From NCBI GenBank assembly GCA_035547315.1, contig DASZVH010000004.1:12107-76106 (forward strand): a stretch of DNA of 64,000 nt. The letters are read 5' to 3'. The first letter of the stretch is position 1. The number at the start of each line of letters is the position of its first letter. Below, piece after piece: positions 1-10,573 of the stretch. The notes under the pieces are model-generated. The model saw only the letters and a program-made list of their open reading frames with translations, had not been told where the DNA came from and did no database searches. The stretch comes from Minisyncoccota bacterium (GTDB lineage: Bacteria > Patescibacteriota > Minisyncoccia > Phycocordibacterales > Phycocordibacteraceae). A program made the position numbers and the translations under genes.

Positions 1-35
1 AGCAGCTGGCCGGAGGCGCTGGGGAACGCCGAAGC

Positions 36-710
36 GTGGCGGTGTTCGACATCGACGGGACGGTATTCCGCTCCTCGCTCCTCATAGAGCTCGTCGAGCA
101 TTTGATCGAGCGGGGCATCTTCCCGCCCGAGGCCCGGCAGGAATATGAAGAGGAGCGCCGCAAGTGGCTCGATAGGAAGGGAGATTACCCGGCCTACATC
201 GAGAAGGTCGTGCAAGTCTTCGCGAAGCAAGTGAAGGGCAAGCCCTATGAGGAAGTGGCGAACTTGGCGGGCGAGGTCATCGAGGAGAAGCGCGATAGGG
301 TATATCGCTACACCCGCGATCTGATCAAGAAGTTGAAGCGCGAGGGGTACTTTTTGCTCGCGATCTCGCACTCGCCCAAATTCATCGCGGACGGCTTCGC
401 CTACGAGCAAGGCTTCGACAAGACCTACGGCACCTTCTACACTTCGGGCGCCTCGGGCAACTTCACGGGGAAGATCGAGGACGAGGAGCTTATCTTCAAC
501 AAAGCGGCAGTGCTCACGCGCGCGGCGCGCAAAGAGGAGCTCTCGCTCGAGGAGGCGATCGCGGTGGGGGACACCGAGAGCGACATCCCGATGCTCGAGA
601 TGGTGGCGAGGCCTATCGCCTTCAACCCGAACGCCGCGCTCTATGCGCACGCCAAGAAGCGCGGCTGGGAGATCGTCGTCGAGCGCAAGGATGTTATATA
701 TAAATTCTAA
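36..710 (+). CDS. HAD-superfamily hydrolase (HAD-IB, phosphoserine phosphatase-like)
   Basis: N-terminal FDIDGT (DxDGT) motif and a C-terminal GDTESD acid motif. Starts at GTG 36. The frame is open to the window edge, so the true start could lie upstream. Confidence 0.55.
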   Translation: MAVFDIDGTVFRSSLLIELVEHLIERGIFPPEARQEYEEERRKWLDRKGDYPAYIEKVVQVFAKQVKGKPYEEVANLAGEVIEEKRDRVYRYTRDLIKKLKREGYFLLAISHSPKFIADGFAYEQGFDKTYGTFYTSGASGNFTGKIEDEELIFNKAAVLTRAARKEELSLEEAIAVGDTESDIPMLEMVARPIAFNPNAALYAHAKKRGWEIVVERKDVIYKF

Positions 711-711
711 T

Positions 712-1134
712 ATGGAGCCTCGACATCTTGCGAGTGCCGCTAAGATATTAGAAGAAATTCATTACCTTACGATCGCGACCGTGTGTGAAGACGGGCAGCC
801 ATGGAACTCTCCGGTCTCGGCTACCTCGACGGATGATTTAGTTTTCGAATGGGGTTCAAGTCCAGAAAATGTTCACTCGCGTAACATTCGCCGAGATGGC
901 CGCGCTTTTGCGGTAGTTTACGACTCAAAGGCTCCGGAAGGTACGGGTGAAGGAATATATATGCGCGGCCAAGCGGAAGAGATTGGTGCAGAAAATCACG
1001 CGGTCAATAAGTACCGATTTACTCCCGAAGAGGTTTGGATTAATGATGAGGCGAAACGGGGAAATGGTAGCTATAAGCACGATATCCGGGTCGCGCTTGA
1101 TTTGGAGGCTCTCAGGAAAGCCCTGCGGGCATGA
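712..1134 (+). CDS. pyridoxamine 5'-phosphate oxidase-like FMN-binding protein (general stress protein 26 family)
   Basis: Internal ATG at 712 (residue 24 of the 643 ORF). Matches the PNPOx-like split-barrel signature (HYLTIATVCEDGQPWNSPV...FEW...R). Lower-GC patch. Stop overlaps the next gene as ATGA. Confidence 0.5.
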   Translation: MEPRHLASAAKILEEIHYLTIATVCEDGQPWNSPVSATSTDDLVFEWGSSPENVHSRNIRRDGRAFAVVYDSKAPEGTGEGIYMRGQAEEIGAENHAVNKYRFTPEEVWINDEAKRGNGSYKHDIRVALDLEALRKALRA

Positions 1135-2015
1135 CTCAGTCAGAGTTCAAACGAGTCGTTTGGAGATATTACAAAAACTACGGCCGGCATGAGTTGCCGT
1201 GGCGGAAGACGAAGGACCCGTACAAGATTTTGGTGAGCGAGGTGATGCTGCAGCAGACGCAGGTAGAACGGGTAATCCCATTCTACGCCGAGTTTACGAG
1301 GCGTTTCCCGACGGCACGCAAACTCGCAGCAGCACCCTTGGGCGAGGTGCTCGCCACTTGGCAGGGCCTGGGCTACAACAGGAGAGCGAAGATGCTCCGG
1401 CAGGCGGCCAAAGAAATCGTGGAGAAGCACGGCGGCAGATTCCCGAGGTCGGCAGCGGAGCTTGAAGAGTTGCCCGGGATCGGGCACTACACGGCAAACG
1501 CGGTAGCGGCTTTTGCCTTCAATAAAGACGCGGTATTTGTCGAGACCAATATCCGCACGGCGATCTTGCACGGCTTTTTCTCGACCCGCACCTCGACCGG
1601 GCCCCCGACTCGGGGCGCTCCGGCCGCTAGGCCAATTCTACCCCTCGCTGGTGGCCCGGCCTCGATGCGGGTCTCCGATCGCGAGATTCTGCAGGTGCTC
1701 AAAAGGATGCTACCGAGAGGGAAGAGCCGGCAGTGGAACCTCGCGCTCATGGACTATGGCGCGCACCTCAAAAAAAGCGGCGTGAAGCTGAACGCCAAGA
1801 GCAAGCACTACGCGAAGCAATCAAAGTTCGCGGGCTCCAATCGGCAAGCGCGCGGGGCGATACTGAAAGAGCTCGCACGCGGCTCGGCTGCCGAGCCGCG
1901 CGTGCTCGGACTCTTGGGCGACAATCGCCGCGCGCAGCTCGCGAGCGCGCTCACGGCGCTCCAAAAAGAGGGCCTCATACAAAAACGCGGCAAGGTTTTC
2001 ACCTTGCCGCGTTGA
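1131..2015 (+). CDS. HhH-GPD DNA glycosylase (MutY/endonuclease III-like), no Fe-S cluster cysteines
   Basis: N-terminus LPWRKTKDPYKILVSEVMLQQTQVERV is MutY/Nth-like. HhH motif LPGIGHYTANAVAAF is present. The 4Cys cluster is absent. A low-complexity Pro/Gly/Arg insert sits before a ...W.LALMDYGA segment. Confidence 0.6.
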   Translation: MTQSEFKRVVWRYYKNYGRHELPWRKTKDPYKILVSEVMLQQTQVERVIPFYAEFTRRFPTARKLAAAPLGEVLATWQGLGYNRRAKMLRQAAKEIVEKHGGRFPRSAAELEELPGIGHYTANAVAAFAFNKDAVFVETNIRTAILHGFFSTRTSTGPPTRGAPAARPILPLAGGPASMRVSDREILQVLKRMLPRGKSRQWNLALMDYGAHLKKSGVKLNAKSKHYAKQSKFAGSNRQARGAILKELARGSAAEPRVLGLLGDNRRAQLASALTALQKEGLIQKRGKVFTLPR

Positions 2016-2027
2016 ACCCGAGAGAGC

Positions 2028-2360
2028 TTAAACGAATTTCAGGAAGCCCGCATGAAGGGATGCGTCCCAAAACATAAATACACGGCGTGGGCTGTGGTCC
2101 CACATATCCTGGAAACTCCTTTCTCTGTCCGGCTTAATTTTTGAGGCGAGGCCTTCGATGTTCCATTGGTCGCGACCTTTTTCTTTGGACTGCACGCTGG
2201 TAACTCCCACGTCCCATTCAGACCGGTCATCGTCCGCAAGCTCGATATGTATCGGTGGGCAATTCTTCTCGCGTCGCCCAAACAAAGCGCAGGCCAGAGT
2301 TACCAGATCGGGACCTTTTATCACTACATAGTGAACGTTATCTCGGGCGGCCATTTCCAC
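2028..2360 (-). CDS. hypothetical protein (low-GC patch)
   Basis: 110 aa ORF in a ~50% GC patch. No recognisable motif. Confidence 0.25.
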   Translation of the reverse strand: MEMAARDNVHYVVIKGPDLVTLACALFGRREKNCPPIHIELADDDRSEWDVGVTSVQSKEKGRDQWNIEGLASKIKPDRERSFQDMWDHSPRRVFMFWDASLHAGFLKFV

Positions 2361-2422
2361 CTACTTTGTTGAGACCTTTGTTTAGGGACAAAGACCAAGA
2401 AACCCGGCGACCATCCTAACAC

Positions 2423-2456
2423 AAAACCGCCGCGGCCGGAGGCCGCGGCGGTTTTA
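2423..2456 (-). terminator. rho-independent terminator (perfect palindrome, bidirectional)
   Basis: aaaaCCGCCGCGGCCggaGGCCGCGGCGGtttt lies 14 nt downstream of the rnj stop. It separates rnj from the 2028-2360 gene. Confidence 0.7.
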
Positions 2457-2469
2457 TTGCTTTCTCGGA

Positions 2470-4401
2470 TTACATCCCGATGAGGACGGGGATGACCATC
2501 GGCGCCTTGTTGGTCCGCTGGAAGAGAAAGCCCGCCATCGTGTCGGAGAGGTTGTCCTTCACGTAGTCGAGGTCGATCGGGTTCATGTTCCGGGTCGAGT
2601 CCTCGATGCTTTTCTTGATGAGAACGCGCGCCTCGTTGAGGAGATTCTGGCTCTCGCGCAGGTAGACGAAGCCGCGCGAGATGATGTCCGGCGACTTGCG
2701 CAGCTTGCCCGTCTTCATGTTGACGTTCGCGATGATGACGAACATGCCGTCCTTGGCGAGCGCCTGGCGGTCGCGCATCACGACCTCCTGGAGGTCGCCG
2801 ATCGAGAAGCCGTCCACCACCAGGGGCGCCGCGGGCACCTTCTGCTTGTGGACCTCGAGCCGCTCGCCGTCCACGATATCGATGACGCTGCCATTGTCGC
2901 CGAGCACGATCGACTCGCGCGGCCGGCCCGCCTGCTCGACCGCCTTGGCGTGCGAGTAGGTCATCGAGTAGTAGCCGTACCCGGGCATGAAGAACTTGCT
3001 ATTGATCTGCTTGTTCATCCAGACCAGCTCGCCCGTATTGCCGTGGCCGGTCGAGTGGACGTCCGAGGAGCGGTAGTGGATGACCGCCACCTTGTTGCGA
3101 TAGAGATTGTCCTTGAGCTTCTGCACCGAGATCTCGTTGCCGGGGATGACCGAAGAGGAGAGGACGATGGTGTCGCGCTCGGTGAACTGGATGTATTTGT
3201 GCTGCTTGGTCGCGATGCGCATCAAAGCGGCGAACTCCTCGCCCTGCGCGCCGGTCGCGAGCACGAGGATCTTCTCGGGCGGGTAGTTGCCGATCTCCTG
3301 CGTCGGGATGAAGACGCCCTTCTCGACCTCGAGGAGGCCCGCCTTCTGCGCGATCTCGATGTTGGTCTTGATAGAGCGGCCCTCGGTGACCACTTTCTTG
3401 CCGTATTTCTCCGCGGCTTTGATGATGGCGACCATGCGCTCGAATTGGGAAGCGAACGTACCGATGATGAGGCGGCCCTTGACCGTCTTGATGATCTCTT
3501 CCAAGGTCTCCTGCACCCGCTTCTCCGGCATGGAGAAGCCGTCGCGCTCGGCGTTGGTCGAGTCGGCGACGAAGAAGAGGTTCTTGTCCGCGCCGAGGGC
3601 GCCCCACGTCGCCACTTCCCGCGGAGTGGGCACGCCGTCCTCGTGCTCGAGCTTGAGATCGCCCGAGATGACGACATTGCCGTAGGCCGTCTCAAGCGAG
3701 ATGCCCATCGAGTCGGGGATCGAGTGCGTGACCTGGAAAAACTTGACCTTGGTGTTGCCGATCGTCATGCGCTGGCCGATCTCGACGACGTTGAGGATCG
3801 GCTTGGGGATGTCGGGATATTCCTCCTGGCGCTTGGCGATCATGATCGCGCTCGTCTTCATCGTGTAGATGGGCGGATTGCCGATGCGCGGAAGGATGAA
3901 GGGCAGGCCGCCGATATGGTCGAGGTGGCCGTGCGTGATGAAGATGCCCTTGATGCGTTCCTTGTTGTGCTCCAAGTATTTGGAATTGGGGAGCGTATAG
4001 TCGGCGCCCGGCGCGTCGCCCTCCTCCTTGAAGTGGAAGCCGACGTCGGAGACGAAGATGTCGCCGTTGAGGTCGACCGCGAGCATGTTGCGGCCGACCT
4101 CCTCGACGCCGCCCAAGGGGACGATGCGCACGACGTTTTCGGCGGGCGCCGCGGGGTAGTACTCGGCTTGCTGCTGCTTGCGCGGGTTGGCGCCGGGGCG
4201 GCGCAGGATGCGCTGGATCTTGCGGGTCGCGGCGCCCGGGCGGCGCCCGCCCCGGCCGCGCCCGCCACGGCGCTCGCGCTCGGGCCGCGAGCGGTCGCGA
4301 CCGCCGGAGCCGGGGCCGAAGGGCCGCGGGCCGGGCGTGCGCGAGGGCGCCGCCGAGGGGCGCGGCGCGGGAGCGGGTGCTGGAGCGGGTGCGGGAGTCA
4401 T
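2470..4401 (-). CDS. rnj: ribonuclease J (metallo-beta-lactamase/beta-CASP) with an N-terminal low-complexity extension
   Basis: HGHLDHIGG motif and beta-CASP/RMMBL architecture over its length. About 90 aa N-terminal PAPAPAPAP / RGGRGRGGRR segment. Confidence 0.85.
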   Translation of the reverse strand: MTPAPAPAPAPAPRPSAAPSRTPGPRPFGPGSGGRDRSRPERERRGGRGRGGRRPGAATRKIQRILRRPGANPRKQQQAEYYPAAPAENVVRIVPLGGVEEVGRNMLAVDLNGDIFVSDVGFHFKEEGDAPGADYTLPNSKYLEHNKERIKGIFITHGHLDHIGGLPFILPRIGNPPIYTMKTSAIMIAKRQEEYPDIPKPILNVVEIGQRMTIGNTKVKFFQVTHSIPDSMGISLETAYGNVVISGDLKLEHEDGVPTPREVATWGALGADKNLFFVADSTNAERDGFSMPEKRVQETLEEIIKTVKGRLIIGTFASQFERMVAIIKAAEKYGKKVVTEGRSIKTNIEIAQKAGLLEVEKGVFIPTQEIGNYPPEKILVLATGAQGEEFAALMRIATKQHKYIQFTERDTIVLSSSVIPGNEISVQKLKDNLYRNKVAVIHYRSSDVHSTGHGNTGELVWMNKQINSKFFMPGYGYYSMTYSHAKAVEQAGRPRESIVLGDNGSVIDIVDGERLEVHKQKVPAAPLVVDGFSIGDLQEVVMRDRQALAKDGMFVIIANVNMKTGKLRKSPDIISRGFVYLRESQNLLNEARVLIKKSIEDSTRNMNPIDLDYVKDNLSDTMAGFLFQRTNKAPMVIPVLIGM

Positions 4402-4443
4402 AAACAGTCGTAAGTTAGAAGTTGTAAGTTATGAGTCGTTAGT

Positions 4444-6183
4444 TCATTTGGAAGATGTCGCCAGAAACGGCCAAACGGCTTCCGTACGTAAATACCAATC
4501 GGCGGCGGAGGCGAAGCGGTCCGCGGGCACCGAGATCTGCGGCAGCGCGACCCCCTCGAGGCGCGCGGGCACCGCGTAGAGGAACTCGGGCGCGTAGACG
4601 AAGGCGGCGGGGTAGGCGGCGGCGATGCGGCTCTCGATCTGCGCCAGGTCGTCGAGCCGCTGCTGCGCGTCGTCGTTGCTGCGAGCGTCTTCGAGCAGGG
4701 CGTCGGTGGTCGAGTCGGCGTAGTCGGCGATGTTGAGGCCCGGGTCGCTCTTCTGCGTCGAGTCCCAGAAGGGGTAGAGGTCGTCGCCGCTGCCGATCAC
4801 CATGCCGAAGAGGAGCGCGTCATATTTGCGGGGCTTGATGACGTTCTGGGTGAGGTCGCCCGGCTCGTAGAGCTCGACGTCGGTCGCGATGCCGAGCTTC
4901 TCCCACTCGCTCTCCACCGCGACCGCGACGCTCTTCAGCTCCGGGACGTTCGAGGTCTTGATCGCGAGCGCGCCGAGCGTGAGCTTGGCCGCGGCGTTCA
5001 CCCACTCGCGCCGATCGCCGTCGTAGCTCCAGCCCGCCCGCGCGAGCACCTGCGCCGCCGCGGCTATCGGGTCCGCCGTTTGCGGCACCGGCGTCTCCGC
5101 GATGCCGGAGCCCGGCGGGACGGGGCCCATGATGGCGGTCGCGTAGCCTCCGAGCGAGTCCGCGACGATCGCCGAGCGGTCGAGCGCGAGCGAGAGCGCC
5201 TCGCGCACTTCCGGCCGCGCGAGCACGGCGTTGTCGCCGGGATTGAAGAAGACGCCGAAGACGCGCGAGTAGGGGGCGGTGAGGGTCTTCCCGCCCGCGT
5301 CGGCGGCCGGGATGCCGTACGCGCTCTCGACGGCGCCCGCGGCGAGCGCTCGCGCGAGGTCCTCTTGCTGGTCGTAGAAGACGAAGCGGATCGAGTCGAG
5401 ATACGGGCGGCCGAGGACGTAGTCCGGATTCGCCACCAGCGTATAGCTCTGGATCAGCCCCGAGGCGTTGCGCACCACCCGGCCGACCTTGAAGGGCCCC
5501 GCCGCGACCGGCTGTATCGCCAGGTTGGAGAAGGGGAATTGCGCGTCCGAGACGCCCTGCCAGAGGCGCGCCGGCAGGATGCCGAGCGTCGTGTCCTCGA
5601 GGAAGGGCGCGTAGGGCTTGGCGAGCGTGAAGGAGACCGTATGCGCGTCGAGTGCGGCCGCCGCCACGCCCGACCAATCCGCGTACTCGGGAGACTTCAG
5701 CGCCGGATCCTGCGCCTTCTCCACCGTAAAGACGACGTCCTGCGCAGTCACCGGCGTCCCGTCGGAGAAGGTCGCGTCCGGCCGCAAGGTGAAGGTGTAG
5801 GTCTTGCCGTCGGGCGAGACCGTGTAGCTTGAGGCGAGGACCGGCACGAGGTCGCCGGATCCATTGCGGCCCATGAGGCCCGCGTAGGTGAGCGCGGCGA
5901 GGTCGCGGTCGGCGTCGGAGACCGCCAACAGCGGGTTGACGAACTGCGGCGAGCCGAGCTCGCCCTCAGTGAGCGTTCCGCCCTCGGCGGGAACGCGCAC
6001 CAGGAGCCGCGCCTCGAGGGCGTGGAAGGCGAGAATGGCCGCCGCGGCGACCAGGGCGAGCAGGCAGTAGCCGACGAGCTTATCGCCCGGCGGCAGGGCT
6101 TTCAAAGAACGCTCGAAACGCTCGAAGACGGCGACCGCGCGGGAGCGCGTCAGCTTCTCCCACAGCGACGCCGGGTCCGTCAC
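4444..6183 (-). CDS. ABC transporter substrate-binding protein, family 5 (peptide/nickel type), membrane-anchored
   Basis: The track ORF (to 6597) overlaps secG in another frame. The start was re-placed at GTG 6183, which overlaps the secG stop as GTGA. N-terminal TM helix followed by an SBP_bac_5-like body. Confidence 0.65.
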   Translation of the reverse strand: MTDPASLWEKLTRSRAVAVFERFERSLKALPPGDKLVGYCLLALVAAAAILAFHALEARLLVRVPAEGGTLTEGELGSPQFVNPLLAVSDADRDLAALTYAGLMGRNGSGDLVPVLASSYTVSPDGKTYTFTLRPDATFSDGTPVTAQDVVFTVEKAQDPALKSPEYADWSGVAAAALDAHTVSFTLAKPYAPFLEDTTLGILPARLWQGVSDAQFPFSNLAIQPVAAGPFKVGRVVRNASGLIQSYTLVANPDYVLGRPYLDSIRFVFYDQQEDLARALAAGAVESAYGIPAADAGGKTLTAPYSRVFGVFFNPGDNAVLARPEVREALSLALDRSAIVADSLGGYATAIMGPVPPGSGIAETPVPQTADPIAAAAQVLARAGWSYDGDRREWVNAAAKLTLGALAIKTSNVPELKSVAVAVESEWEKLGIATDVELYEPGDLTQNVIKPRKYDALLFGMVIGSGDDLYPFWDSTQKSDPGLNIADYADSTTDALLEDARSNDDAQQRLDDLAQIESRIAAAYPAAFVYAPEFLYAVPARLEGVALPQISVPADRFASAADWYLRTEAVWPFLATSSK

Positions 6184-6419
6184 GATCCTAAAAGAAGGAA
6201 GTTCGCGATAGCGGCAAGGACGAGAAGTAGGGCGACGGCTATGGTCGCGTTGAACAGGAACTTCTCCGCGCCGCGGCGCTTGTAGAAGGTAGAGGCGAAG
6301 TTGTCTCCCCCGAACGCTCCCCCGAGAGTCGCGCCGCGCTGCTGGAGCACGACACCGAGGATGAGCAGGAAGGAGAAGACGATCTCCGCGTACGGCAATG
6401 CCGATACGAGTGCTTCCAT
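6180..6419 (-). CDS. secG: preprotein translocase subunit SecG
   Basis: 79 aa starting MEALVSALPYAEIVF..., with the LQQ..GGAFGG signature and two TM helices. Confidence 0.65.
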   Translation of the reverse strand: MEALVSALPYAEIVFSFLLILGVVLQQRGATLGGAFGGDNFASTFYKRRGAEKFLFNATIAVALLLVLAAIANFLLLGS

Positions 6420-6485
6420 CTTTAGTCCCGAGCTTACCACGGCGGTGGTCGGCGATGCAAGATGCTAAGTTCAAAGAGCCATTTG

Positions 6486-6518
6486 AGAAAAGCCGCCAGA
6501 GATTTGTTCTGGCGGCCT
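6486..6518 (-). terminator. stem-loop upstream of secG (second hairpin in series)
   Basis: GCCGCCAG-agatttgtt-CTGGCGGC, followed on the minus strand by ttttctc. Confidence 0.4.
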
Positions 6519-6610
6519 TCCCAACATTCTCCCTCGTACGAGCGCGAGGGCGAAGCCAACTGTCCCTCCAGCATACTCCCGCTGCATGAATAGTCAATGA
6601 GCGCCGTGCA

Positions 6611-6652
6611 TAAAGAAAACCGGCGCGGCAGGGGTTGGCCTGCGCGCGCCGG
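6611..6652 (-). terminator. rho-independent terminator of the 6659-6934 gene
   Basis: CCGGCGCGGCAGG-ggttgg-CCTGCGCGCGCCGG, followed on the minus strand by gttttcttt. Confidence 0.55.
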
Positions 6653-6658
6653 TGGGGG

Positions 6659-6934
6659 TCATTTCTCGATGATTCCGAGTTCTCGCGCTCGATCGACGAT
6701 CAAGGCAAGTTGCGGCATGAATTGCCAGATCAGTCCGGCGGCATCTTCAATGTCCGTTGTTATGTACGCGAGGTCCCCCTCAGTTTTGGCTAATGCCAAG
6801 GCTTTTTTGAGAGCGACGATGTCGTCCTCTTCATTATCGGACGACATCCAAGGCAAGAAAGCTTTTCTGACTTTGCTCGACGCATCTTTGTGATAGGGAT
6901 TCATTCCCAATCTCCATATGGAACCCAAACGCAC
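6659..6934 (-). CDS. hypothetical small protein (low-GC patch)
   Basis: 91 aa ORF in a ~48% GC patch with its own terminator. No motif recognised. Confidence 0.3.
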   Translation of the reverse strand: MRLGSIWRLGMNPYHKDASSKVRKAFLPWMSSDNEEDDIVALKKALALAKTEGDLAYITTDIEDAAGLIWQFMPQLALIVDRARELGIIEK

Positions 6935-7000
6935 AATATCTTACATAGGCTCTAGTGTCAAGTTGTCGGCGGCTTCATGATTCCGTATAGTGGCGGCACT

Positions 7001-7321
7001 ATGGCAAAAGAAAATAATAATAAGAAGCTTTCGATCAGGCCGCTCGGCGACCGGGTCGTCGTGAAGCCGGATGAAAAAGAGGGAGAGAAGAAGCTCGCCT
7101 CGGGCATCATCATCCCCGAGACCGCGGATAAGGAGAAACCGATGACGGGGAAGGTGGTCGCGGTGGGCCCCGGCCGCTATGAGGACGGGAAATTGGTCCC
7201 GATGGGGGTGAAGACGGGCGACGAAGTGCTCTTCGGGAAGTACTCGCACGAAGCGGTGAAGGTCGGCGGCGAGGAGTACTACCTCATCTCAGAGAACAAC
7301 ATTTTGGCGATTATCAACTGA
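7001..7321 (+). CDS. groES: co-chaperonin GroES
   Basis: [23 protein letters not shown]...[16 protein letters not shown] hexamer lies 10 nt upstream of the ATG. Confidence 0.9.
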   Translation: MAKENNNKKLSIRPLGDRVVVKPDEKEGEKKLASGIIIPETADKEKPMTGKVVAVGPGRYEDGKLVPMGVKTGDEVLFGKYSHEAVKVGGEEYYLISENNILAIIN

Positions 7322-7335
7322 AACCTGATCCCTAA

Positions 7336-8991
<1,656 letters not shown>

Positions 8992-9007
8992 GATACATAC
9001 CGCAATA

Positions 9008-9037
9008 GCAGCGCGGCCCCCCGGGGGCCGCGCTGCT
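9008..9037 (+). terminator. GC-rich perfect-palindrome hairpin after groEL
   Basis: agcaGCGCGGCCCCccgGGGGCCGCGCtgct. No T-run follows, so it may be a terminator, an RNA-stability element or a protein-binding site. Confidence 0.4.
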
Positions 9038-9048
9038 ATACTGCCCGC

Positions 9049-9210
9049 ATGAGCACCAAGGGCGCGGTGTGGGCGGGCCTTTTCATCGGCTCGACCGCCG
9101 GCGGCCTCCTCCCCTCGCTCTGGGGCGGAGGCGCCTTCGCCTCCATGCTCTGGTCGACGCTCGGCGCCGTCGCCGGCATCTGGGCGGGCTTCAAGCTCGC
9201 GCAAGGATAG
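9049..9210 (+). CDS. small hydrophobic Gly-rich membrane protein (53 aa; below the ORF-track size cutoff)
   Basis: MSTKGAVWAGLFIGSTAGGLLPSLWGGGAFASMLWSTLGAVAGIWAGFKLAQG. A TATACT hexamer lies 7 nt upstream of the ATG. Confidence 0.3.
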   Translation: MSTKGAVWAGLFIGSTAGGLLPSLWGGGAFASMLWSTLGAVAGIWAGFKLAQG

Positions 9211-9230
9211 CGGTTTGCTAAGATTGCCGG

Positions 9231-9788
9231 ATGCAACCCGCCGCCATCGTCGGCCTCGCCTGGCTCGTGTTCATCGCGGTGTGGTTCGTCTCGGCGCTCT
9301 CCGCCAAGCGCACGCTCGTGCGCCACACGGTCGGCTGGTGGATCCGCATCGTCGTCATCGTCGCCGCGGTCGTGCTCGCATCGAATCTTGGCAGAGATTG
9401 GATGCGGCTCCTCTTCATCCCCTGGGCGAGCGCGCCCCTCGCCTGGCTCGGGGCGGCGCTCGCGGTCGCGGGCGTCGCGCTCGCGATCTGGGCGCGTGTC
9501 TACCTGGGGCGCAACTGGGGTATGCCGCAAGCGGTCAAAGAGGATCCGGAGCTGGTTACTACCGGGCCCTACGCGTTGGTCCGCCACCCCATCTACACGG
9601 GTATGCTCCTCGCGATGACGGGCTCGGCGCTCTCGGCCGGCCTCTGGTGGGCGATCGTGCTCGTCGGGGCGGGCTCCTACTTCATCCTGAGCGCACACAA
9701 AGAGGAGGCGCTTATGCTCGCGACCTTTCCCGACGCCTACCGCGCCTACCGCGCCCGCACCAAGATGCTCGTACCGTTTATTTTCTGA
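9231..9788 (+). CDS. isoprenylcysteine carboxyl methyltransferase-family membrane methyltransferase (ICMT/PEMT-like)
   Basis: Multi-TM protein with RHPIYTG and EE motifs. Confidence 0.6.
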   Translation: MQPAAIVGLAWLVFIAVWFVSALSAKRTLVRHTVGWWIRIVVIVAAVVLASNLGRDWMRLLFIPWASAPLAWLGAALAVAGVALAIWARVYLGRNWGMPQAVKEDPELVTTGPYALVRHPIYTGMLLAMTGSALSAGLWWAIVLVGAGSYFILSAHKEEALMLATFPDAYRAYRARTKMLVPFIF

Positions 9789-9794
9789 TCGGAG

Positions 9795-9885
9795 CGGAAG
9801 GGGAGGGATTCGAACCCTCGATACGGCTATTACCCCGTATAGCGGATTAGCAATCCGCCGCTTTCAGCCACTCAGCCACCCTTCC
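9795..9885 (-). tRNA. tRNA-Ser (GCT)
   Basis: Cloverleaf with anticodon loop TTGCTAA, a long variable arm, T-loop TTCGAAT and discriminator G. CCA is not encoded. Confidence 0.8.
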
Positions 9886-9907
9886 AATGTGAAGCACCTT
9901 AGCAGAT

Positions 9908-10522
9908 TTAATGGGCGAGCGCGATGGCGAGGATGCGCGCGGCGCCGGCGGCACGGAGCGCCGAGGTGGCGGCGCGGAGGGTGGCGCCGGTGGTGAGGAC
10001 GTCGTCTACTACTATATATAAGAGGGCGGGATCGGGCGCGGCGTTTTCCGCACAGCGAAAGGCGCCGCGCATGTTCTGCTTGCGCCTCCAGCGGGGGAGC
10101 GAGACCTGCGAGCGCGTCTCGCGGGTGCGCGCGAGGAGCGCCGTCTCAAGCGGGATGGTAAGCGCCTGGCCAGCCCGTCGCGCCACTTCCTCCGCCTGGT
10201 TGTAGCCGCGCTCCCTGCGCCGCGCTTTCCCGAGCGGCAGGGGCAGGAGCCGCGCTCTCTTGAGCGGCTCGTCGCGCAGGTATTCGGCGAGCGCCTCGGC
10301 GAGGAGCGAGAAGGCGCGTTCGCTCCCGCGATACTTCGCCTCGTGGATGGCGGCGCGCACGCGCGAGTCCGCGTAGCGCATCAAGACGACCGCGCTCTCG
10401 CCCCCGCCGAGCGGCGCGAGCTCCGGCTCGAGCAGGGGGAGCAGCCCTTCCGCGGGGAGTCCGCGCAGCGCGCGTTCGTCGTCGCGCGCGGGGAAGAGGA
10501 GATCGAGGAGGCGCGCGAGCAT
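9908..10522 (-). CDS. comFC: ComFC-like phosphoribosyltransferase (competence protein), no N-terminal zinc finger
   Basis: The C-terminal 204 aa of a spurious 717 aa antisense ORF. PRTase motif IVVDDVLTTGATL and RRERGYNQAE are present. Start ATG 10522 has a TAGAAT hexamer 8 nt upstream. Confidence 0.6.
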   Translation of the reverse strand: MLARLLDLLFPARDDERALRGLPAEGLLPLLEPELAPLGGGESAVVLMRYADSRVRAAIHEAKYRGSERAFSLLAEALAEYLRDEPLKRARLLPLPLGKARRRERGYNQAEEVARRAGQALTIPLETALLARTRETRSQVSLPRWRRKQNMRGAFRCAENAAPDPALLYIVVDDVLTTGATLRAATSALRAAGAARILAIALAH

Positions 10523-10573
10523 GTCTCGATATTCTAGCGCTCCGGCTGACCGCCTGCTGCTATACTCTATTTC

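Noticed and set aside
2848-4413. 521 aa plus-strand ORF opposite rnj, and the similar antisense ORFs opposite groEL, the pilins, nrdA and the ABC genes
   Set aside because: Highly repetitive D/R/G/A composition with no domain signatures, opposite genes with clear catalytic motifs.
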